Below, one piece after another: positions 6,478 through 11,864 of a DNA stretch of 11,864 nucleotides. Under the pieces are notes generated by a model that was given only the letters and a program-made list of their open reading frames with translations, had not been told where the DNA came from and did no database searches. This DNA is from Thermoplasmata archaeon. GTDB taxonomy: Archaea > Thermoplasmatota > Thermoplasmata > Lutacidiplasmatales > UBA184. Positions within the stretch are counted from its first letter, which is position 1; the number at the start of each line of letters is the position of its first letter. The stretch lies in the NCBI GenBank assembly GCA_028864975.1, contig JAGWLG010000054.1, positions 1 to 11,864 on the forward strand. The letters run 5' to 3'. The position numbers and the translations under genes are program-made.

Positions 6478-7956
6478 CTACTTCTTGCGGGGCGCCCCGA
6501 AGAACACGTTCACGTTCTTCGTCCGCGTGTAGAAGTCGAGCGCGTGGACCCCTTGCTCCAGTCCGATCCCGCTCTGCTTGTACCCTCCGAAGGGCGTCTG
6601 GGGGAAGGTCACCGGGTACTCGTTCACCGAGACCATGCCCGCCTGGATGTTGCGTGCGGCCTTGTGCGCGGTCGTGAGGTCCTTGGTCCAGACCCCGGAG
6701 AAGAGGCCGTAGGTCGTGTCGTTGGCGAGCTCCATCGCCTGCTCGAAGCTGTCGAAGGCGAAGGTCGTCAGGACGGGCCCGAAGATCTCCTCGCGGGCAA
6801 TGGTCATGTCCGGCTTGGTCTCCGAGAAGATCGTGGGTTCGACGAAGTTCCCCTTGTCCAGTCTCGCCGACGTCGCCCGGGACCCTCCGGTGACCAGCTT
6901 CGCGCCCTCGCTCCGCCCCTTCTCGACGTAGCCCAGGACCCGGTCCATCTGGTCCTTGGAGACCAGCGGCCCCATCTCCACCCCGGGCTCCGACCCCGGC
7001 CCGAGCTTGAGCTTGCGTGCGAGCTCCGTGAGCTTCGCGAGGAAGGTCTCCTGGACGGACCGTTGGACGATCAGGCGGGAACCGGCCCAGCACATCTGTC
7101 CGGCGTTGAGGAAGATGCCGTAGAGCACGCCTCTCGCGGCGCGGTCCAGGTCCGCGTCGGCGAAGACGACGTTCGGGCTCTTTCCCCCGAGCTCGAGCGT
7201 CACCGGCACGACGTTCTTCGAGGCGAGCTCCATGATCCGCTTCCCGACCTCGGAAGACCCCGTGAACGAGACGGAGGCGACGCGGGGGTCCTGGACCATC
7301 GATTCTCCGACCTCGCGCCCAGGTGCGATCACCACGTTGAGCACACCGTCGGGGAGTCCGGCTTCCTTGGCGAGGCGCGCGAAGGCGAGGGCGGTGAGAG
7401 GCGTCAACGTCGCGGGCTTGAGCACCGCCGTGTTCCCCGCCGCGAGCGCCGGAGCGAGCGATCGCACCGAGAGTTGGAGGGGGTAGTTCCACGGGGCGAT
7501 GTGGAGCGTGACGCCGATGGGCTCGCGGACCGTGTAGTCCAGACGCTCCCCCGGCACGGGGATGGCGTCCCCCTGGACCTTGTCGGCGAGCCCCGCCATG
7601 TACTCGAGGGTCCGGGCGGCGAAGAGGACATCCGCCTTCGACTCCCTAAGGGGCTTCCCCTGGTTGAGGGTCTCCAGTCGGGAGAACTCCTCGGCACGTT
7701 CCGTCAGTAGCTGCCCGAGTTTGAAGAGGACCCGCGCGCGATGGGCTCCATCCGCATCGGCCCAGCCTGAGCTGCGGAAGGCCTGCTCGGCGACCTCGAT
7801 CGCGTGACGCGCGTCCTCTCGTCCCCCCAGGGTCGCTGTGGCCAGAGGCTCGTTGGTCGCCGGATTGAGAAGGGTGATCTTCTCGCCGGCGGAGGATGCG
7901 ACCTCCTTCCCGCCGATGAAGAGCTCGTAGTGCTTGCTCGTCTCGCTCGCGGACAT
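6478..7956 (-). CDS. NAD(P)+-dependent aldehyde dehydrogenase
   Basis: 492 aa. Motifs PWNYP, KPA, SFTGSSEVG, catalytic Glu in LELGGKSP, catalytic Cys in NAGQMCWAGSRL (codon 7090-7092), EEIFGPV, PFGGYKQSG. Confidence 0.96.
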   Translation of the reverse strand: MSASETSKHYELFIGGKEVASSAGEKITLLNPATNEPLATATLGGREDARHAIEVAEQAFRSSGWADADGAHRARVLFKLGQLLTERAEEFSRLETLNQGKPLRESKADVLFAARTLEYMAGLADKVQGDAIPVPGERLDYTVREPIGVTLHIAPWNYPLQLSVRSLAPALAAGNTAVLKPATLTPLTALAFARLAKEAGLPDGVLNVVIAPGREVGESMVQDPRVASVSFTGSSEVGKRIMELASKNVVPVTLELGGKSPNVVFADADLDRAARGVLYGIFLNAGQMCWAGSRLIVQRSVQETFLAKLTELARKLKLGPGSEPGVEMGPLVSKDQMDRVLGYVEKGRSEGAKLVTGGSRATSARLDKGNFVEPTIFSETKPDMTIAREEIFGPVLTTFAFDSFEQAMELANDTTYGLFSGVWTKDLTTAHKAARNIQAGMVSVNEYPVTFPQTPFGGYKQSGIGLEQGVHALDFYTRTKNVNVFFGAPRKK

Positions 7957-7970
7957 CTTCTCTCCGGGTC

Positions 7971-7991
7971 ACCCCGAGCCCCTCTCGGGGT
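7971..7991 (-). promoter_or_regulatory. 8-bp hairpin between the aquaporin stop and the ALDH start
   Basis: ACCCCGAG (7971-7978) and CTCGGGGT (7984-7991) form a perfect inverted repeat with a 5-nt loop. On the mRNA it covers a GGGGUGA SD-like sequence. Confidence 0.35.
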
Positions 7992-8812
7992 TAACGCTTG
8001 GCCGCCGCTCGGCCGAGCTTGGTGTTCTCGATGTCCGGACCGGAACCCTCGGGTTCGGTGTTGAGGACCCGCCAGACGAAGGCGGCGATCGCCGCCCCGA
8101 TGAACGGTCCGACCCAGAAGGCCCAGAGCTGGAGGACGGGCCAGGAGAGCCCCGCGATGGAGCCCCAGACGGCGGACGCGGTGCTCCGTGCCGGGTTGTA
8201 GCCGGCTCCGTCGACGTTCATCCCCATCAGGACCAGGACGCCCAACATCCCTCCGATGGCGAGGCCATGAAAGCCCTTCCACGACTGCTTGTCCGTCACG
8301 AACAGGATGACGGTGTAGAAGACGAACGAGGCCACGATCTCCAGGACGAGCACGGAGGCGGCCGAGAAGGCGTAGCCGTTCATGACCCCCGCCTGAGCGT
8401 AGCCGTCGGCCCCCATCGCCGTGCACGCCGGTATCGTCGAGCAGGAGCTCGAGCCGGTGACATGGTAGCCCATGGCGATCGCGAAGATCGCCCCCAGTCC
8501 GACCAGGCCCCCCATGACCTGGGCGACCCAGTAAGGGACCACATCCCGCTTCTCCATCCGACCTGCGAGGAGGAAAGCGAGCGTCACTCCGGGATTGTAA
8601 TGCCCGCCCGAGATGTTCCCCCACGCGTAGACGCCCCAGGCGATGGACCCCCCCACCGCGAGGGCGATGAACCCGGCGTTGGGGAAGTTGGCCCCGGGAG
8701 AGAAGTATCCCAGGAGGATCCCCGCCCCAAGCCCCCCGAAGAGCAGGGTGAAAGTGCCGAGGAACTCCGCGAGGTACTTCTTCGTCGGAGAGGTCGGGAC
8801 AGCGTCGGCCAT
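7991..8812 (-). CDS. MIP family channel (aquaporin Z-like) with NPG/NPA motifs
   Basis: 273 aa from ATG 8812. Motifs YLAEFLGTF, ISGGHYNPGVT, YWVAQVMG, LEIV, GYNPARST, LWAFWVGP, with six TM helices. The track start at 9016 overlaps the GT2 gene and is unlikely. Confidence 0.94.
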   Translation of the reverse strand: MADAVPTSPTKKYLAEFLGTFTLLFGGLGAGILLGYFSPGANFPNAGFIALAVGGSIAWGVYAWGNISGGHYNPGVTLAFLLAGRMEKRDVVPYWVAQVMGGLVGLGAIFAIAMGYHVTGSSSCSTIPACTAMGADGYAQAGVMNGYAFSAASVLVLEIVASFVFYTVILFVTDKQSWKGFHGLAIGGMLGVLVLMGMNVDGAGYNPARSTASAVWGSIAGLSWPVLQLWAFWVGPFIGAAIAAFVWRVLNTEPEGSGPDIENTKLGRAAAKR

Positions 8813-8893
8813 AGTCGAAGTTCCCGGGGAGCGCTGAGCTATTTGATGCTTGGCGGACCGAGCGCCGATCGCGACCCCCACGGGTTCTTCCGG

Positions 8894-8913
8894 GGAGGAT
8901 CCGCCCATCCTCC
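8894..8913 (-). terminator. Possible hairpin downstream of the GT2 gene
   Basis: GGAGGAT (8894-8900) and ATCCTCC (8907-8913) form a 7-bp inverted repeat 17 nt past the GT2 stop. There is no U-tract, so its role is uncertain. Confidence 0.2.
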
Positions 8914-8930
8914 TCGATTGCGGAAGCCCC

Positions 8931-10142
8931 TCAGGCATCCATGTTGTACTCGCGGCCCTTCCACTGGACCTTGCCGCCCTTGAGCCCGAGCCGGACGGAC
9001 CGCGCAAAGAGCCCAAGGTAGTACGCGCAACCGATCGGGTAGAGCAGCCCGTAGGCCCGAGGGGCCCGGATCGCTCCCTGGAAAGCGACCTGCTTCAACG
9101 CCGTGACCCCGATGAGCGCGAGCCCGAACACGAACCAGAGGAACGAGACGAGGCCCAAGAGCGCTAGCGCGACCACCACGAACGGGGAGAGGAAGTAGAC
9201 GAAGATCGCGAGGGAGAGGCCGACCTGTCGACCGAGCGAGAAGCGTGTCCCGTGCAGGTTCTTCAGGATCCCTTCGTCCATTTCCGCGCGGTCCGAGTAC
9301 ATCCGGGTGCTGATGAGCTCGGGAGCCCAGAAGATCCTCAAGCGACCGCCCCGGCGCTTCACCTCCTGGGCGAGACGCACGTCCTCCAGGACGGCTCCGC
9401 GCACCCCCTCGTGCCCGCCGCTCCGCTGGTACCCCGCTCTGGAGAAGAACATGAACTGCCCGTTCGCCATCGCCCGAGAGGACCGGTCATTGTTCACCCG
9501 GGGGGCGACGAAGTAGAGGAGCACGAACTGCACGTAGAGCGGCATGACCACCCGCTCCCAGAACCCCTCCATCACGACCCGGGCCGCGAGGGTGAGGAGG
9601 TCCGCGCCCGTGGATGCCTGTTGGGCCACGGCGGCTCGCACCGCCCCGGGGGCCAGCCGAACGTCGGCGTCCAGGAAGAGGAGCAGGTCCCCCCGGGCTC
9701 GCTGGGCCCCTTGGTGACAGGCCCAGTTCTTTCCGACCCACCCCGGAGGGAGCGGGGGTTCGTCGATCACAGTTGGCTGGCTCGGATGCGACCTCGCCAT
9801 GTCCGCCGTCCCATCGCTCGAACCGCCATCAACCACCAAGATCTCCAGCGCGCCGCCCGAACGGATCCAATCCTGGCCCCTGAGGTCGTCCAGGCAACGA
9901 GCGAGGTCCTCCCGTTCATTCCGCGCAGGAATGATCACCGACACGAGGCTCCGTTTCGAGGACTCCCCCAGATCGGAGGGTTCGAGCGCCGGCATCCGGA
10001 TCGCCAAGTAGACGATAGCCCCCTGCCCCAGGAAGATCAGGAGGAAGTACAGGAGGGGAAGGGCCCATCCCAACGGAGTATCTGGGAGAACTAACGCGGG
10101 CCCGATGACCCACGGCCAGAGACCCTCCGCGACCGTGCGCAT
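8931..10142 (-). CDS. Membrane-bound family 2 glycosyltransferase, CrtQ/CruC/HpnB-like group
   Basis: 403 aa with an N-terminal TM and C-terminal TMs. Motifs VSVIIPARNE, VVDGGSSDGT, LPPGWVGKNWAC, DxD in FLDADV, ANGQF, GGH..V..EDV.LA, RMY, and terminal WKGREY. Confidence 0.92.
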   Translation of the reverse strand: MRTVAEGLWPWVIGPALVLPDTPLGWALPLLYFLLIFLGQGAIVYLAIRMPALEPSDLGESSKRSLVSVIIPARNEREDLARCLDDLRGQDWIRSGGALEILVVDGGSSDGTADMARSHPSQPTVIDEPPLPPGWVGKNWACHQGAQRARGDLLLFLDADVRLAPGAVRAAVAQQASTGADLLTLAARVVMEGFWERVVMPLYVQFVLLYFVAPRVNNDRSSRAMANGQFMFFSRAGYQRSGGHEGVRGAVLEDVRLAQEVKRRGGRLRIFWAPELISTRMYSDRAEMDEGILKNLHGTRFSLGRQVGLSLAIFVYFLSPFVVVALALLGLVSFLWFVFGLALIGVTALKQVAFQGAIRAPRAYGLLYPIGCAYYLGLFARSVRLGLKGGKVQWKGREYNMDA

Positions 10143-10236
10143 GGCCCTGGCGAGCGGCCGGGCACAAAAGGAGGAGGGCCGCAGGGGGAACTCATCGAGG
10201 CCATTCGTCTTGGAGGCAGCTTCTTGTATCGACCGA

Positions 10237-10243
10237 GAGGTGA
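10237..10243 (+). promoter_or_regulatory. Shine-Dalgarno site GAGGTGA for the Kelch/PKD gene
   Basis: Strong match to the archaeal GGAGGTGA consensus, 10 nt before ATG 10254. Confidence 0.65.
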
Positions 10244-10253
10244 GCGAGAGGCG

Positions 10254-11864
10254 ATGCCTCTCACCTTCCCTTCACGGGGCGGAGGTCTCGGCGCCCTTCC
10301 GATCCTCCTGACAGCTCTCGCGTTGGTCTCCTTGGTCCTGCTCCCGCCGCTCCCACATGCGGGGACCGCCCCTACCCCTTCACACGTGGCGACGGCACAA
10401 GCCTCGCATCGGACCATCGACGGGGTCGCGGAGCCCCAAGTCCTCGCGCAACCAGGGCACGACTCGGTCCTGTCCTCTCCCACGTACATCTGGACGAACC
10501 GAACCACCGCAACCCATCCTCTGCCTCGATCCTCGTCGATGCTCGCCTACGACCCATCGCTGGGGAGCGCGGTGCTGTTCGGGGGGTGGAATGGATCGAT
10601 CATCTACAACGACACGTGGTCCTACCTTGGTGGGAGCTGGACTCCCCTCACCCCCTCGAAGGCGCCCCCCGTGCGGATGGGAGGGAACCTCGAGTGGGAC
10701 CCGGTCGATGGCTATCTTCTCCTGTTCGGGGGCTGGAACTGGAGCGGCCCGATGAACGACACCTGGATGTTCAAGGGCGGGACCTGGACCCTCTTGCATC
10801 CCGCGAAGTCGCCCGCGCCCCGAGACCTTGCCGGGATGGCCTGGGACAACGCGGACCGCTACATGGTGCTCTTCGCGGGGATCGGGACGGCGAGCGCGAC
10901 GCTCAACGACACCTGGACGTTCGTGGGGGGCAACTGGACGCAGGTGCGAACCCCCTCCAACTTGCCGGGACGCAATGGCCCCGGCATGGTGTACGACCCC
11001 ATCGATGGTTACGTGGTCATGACCCAGGGGGAGGCGGCCACCTACTACAACGACCTCTGGACGTTCAAAGCAGGATTCTGGACGCAGCTCTCCGGGAGCG
11101 TCCCGATGTCCGTCCGAGATGGAGCGTCGATGGTGTACGACCCTGCGACGAACTACACGCTCTACTTCGCCGGGGAGGACCTGGGGGTCTATCTGAACCA
11201 GACCTGGACGTTCCTGGGAGGCACCTTCACCCAGCTCACCCTTTCCCGAGCGCCGCCGACTGCGCAGTACATGACCGCGACCTTCGACGTCGCCGACAAC
11301 TACGTTCTGGCCTTCGGCGGGGCGATCAGGTCGCACCTGTCAGCTCAGACCTGGGCGTGGAGCCGCCCGCTTCCGCTCACGCTTTCGGCCTCCGACAGCG
11401 GGAGCTCCACCACCGTCGGGACCACGGAGAGGTTCTCGGCCACGGCGTGGGGCGGCGTCGCGCCTCTCGCGGTGGCCTGGCAGTTCGGCGACAACTCCTC
11501 CGCACCCGGGGGAGATACCCAACACACCTACAGCTGGCCAGGGAACTACACTGCGAACTGCACGGCCAGCGATGCCAGCGGGACCAGAACCACTCAAAGC
11601 TTCACGATCATGGTGACCTGGGGAGCTGGGGCCCCGATCATCGTCACCCCTTCGGCCAGTCCCACTTCGGGTCCCGCGACCCTGACCGTGAGCTTTAGCG
11701 GCGCCGCGACAGGTGGGTTCCCCGGGTATGTCCCGACGTGGTCGTACGGGGATGGCTCCCCTCCGGCCTCTGGATGGAACGAGACCCATCCGTACACCCG
11801 CACAGGGAGCTTCACCGCGACCCTATCGGTGACGGACCGGGCCGGCCGCTCAGGATCGGCGACG
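10254..11864 (+). CDS. Secreted or surface protein: signal peptide, six Kelch repeats, at least two PKD domains (3'-partial)
   Basis: My translation gives 537 codons with no stop to the window edge. It begins MPLTFPSRGGGLGALPILLTALALVSLVLLP. Six repeats match P.PR...M.YD...Y.LLFGG...NDTW.F.GG.W. Two PKD-like units follow (WQFGD..HTYSWPGNYT; WSYGDG..HPYTRTGSFTATLSVTD). Confidence 0.92.
   Translation, partial: MPLTFPSRGGGLGALPILLTALALVSLVLLPPLPHAGTAPTPSHVATAQASHRTIDGVAEPQVLAQPGHDSVLSSPTYIWTNRTTATHPLPRSSSMLAYDPSLGSAVLFGGWNGSIIYNDTWSYLGGSWTPLTPSKAPPVRMGGNLEWDPVDGYLLLFGGWNWSGPMNDTWMFKGGTWTLLHPAKSPAPRDLAGMAWDNADRYMVLFAGIGTASATLNDTWTFVGGNWTQVRTPSNLPGRNGPGMVYDPIDGYVVMTQGEAATYYNDLWTFKAGFWTQLSGSVPMSVRDGASMVYDPATNYTLYFAGEDLGVYLNQTWTFLGGTFTQLTLSRAPPTAQYMTATFDVADNYVLAFGGAIRSHLSAQTWAWSRPLPLTLSASDSGSSTTVGTTERFSATAWGGVAPLAVAWQFGDNSSAPGGDTQHTYSWPGNYTANCTASDASGTRTTQSFTIMVTWGAGAPIIVTPSASPTSGPATLTVSFSGAATGGFPGYVPTWSYGDGSPPASGWNETHPYTRTGSFTATLSVTDRAGRSGSAT
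10491..11363 (+). repeat. Six degenerate Kelch-coding repeats with a period of about 147 nt
   Basis: Equivalent Trp/Phe codons lie at 10491, 10638, 10785, 10935, 11079 and 11226 (spacings 147, 147, 150, 144, 147). AACGACACC/ACG-TGG recurs. Confidence 0.85.

Noticed and set aside
8813-9016. 68-aa N-terminal extension of the aquaporin given in the ORF track
   Set aside because: It is low-complexity, overlaps the GT2 3' end and has no MIP-like sequence. ATG 8812 gives a normal-length protein.
5650-10142. Horizontally acquired island of bacterial-type genes (hydrolase, ALDH, MIP, GT2)
   Set aside because: No integrase, transposase, tRNA target, flanking repeats or visible composition shift. Ancient individual transfers remain possible but would need phylogenies.
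10491-11363. Regular ~147-nt periodicity as a possible CRISPR array or DNA tandem repeat
   Set aside because: The repeats are degenerate at DNA level, stay in frame and are fully explained by Kelch blades. There are no identical 25-45 nt repeats with unique spacers.
4444-11698. Other long alternative-frame ORFs (4444..5517, 6374..7492, 6544..7710, 7934..8983, 9252..10094, 10380..11336, 10586..11698)
   Set aside because: Each overlaps a gene with clear family motifs, and none has a recognisable domain.
10586-11698. Frameshifted or fragmented gene suggested by the ORF track at the right end
   Set aside because: Manual translation shows one uninterrupted frame from 10254. The track omitted it only because no stop codon lies in the window.

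Overview
High-GC, gene-dense window that is very likely archaeal: it carries RNA polymerase subunit Rpo11, a Zn-finger Tpt1/KptA and a TATA-like promoter. The overall style suggests a high-GC Thermoplasmata-type lineage, which is an inference. The + strand run is rpoL, kptA, an unknown wHTH/Pro-rich/coiled-coil protein, an NDH-2-like flavoprotein, a Zn-ribbon/PH-like protein, an MFS transporter and an alpha/beta-hydrolase-fold protein. It converges on a - strand run of a GT2 glycosyltransferase, a MIP/aquaporin and an aldehyde dehydrogenase. A secreted six-blade Kelch + PKD surface protein starts at 10254 and runs off the right edge; the ORF track misses it. I found no mobile element, CRISPR array, tRNA or rRNA, and no clearly new multi-gene system. 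The best leads are active-site deviations read directly from the sequence (hydrolase nucleophile Ser->Gly, aquaporin filter V/V/A/R with NPG, KptA HGT->YPVT, NDH-2 Glu->Ser) and two uncharacterised proteins.
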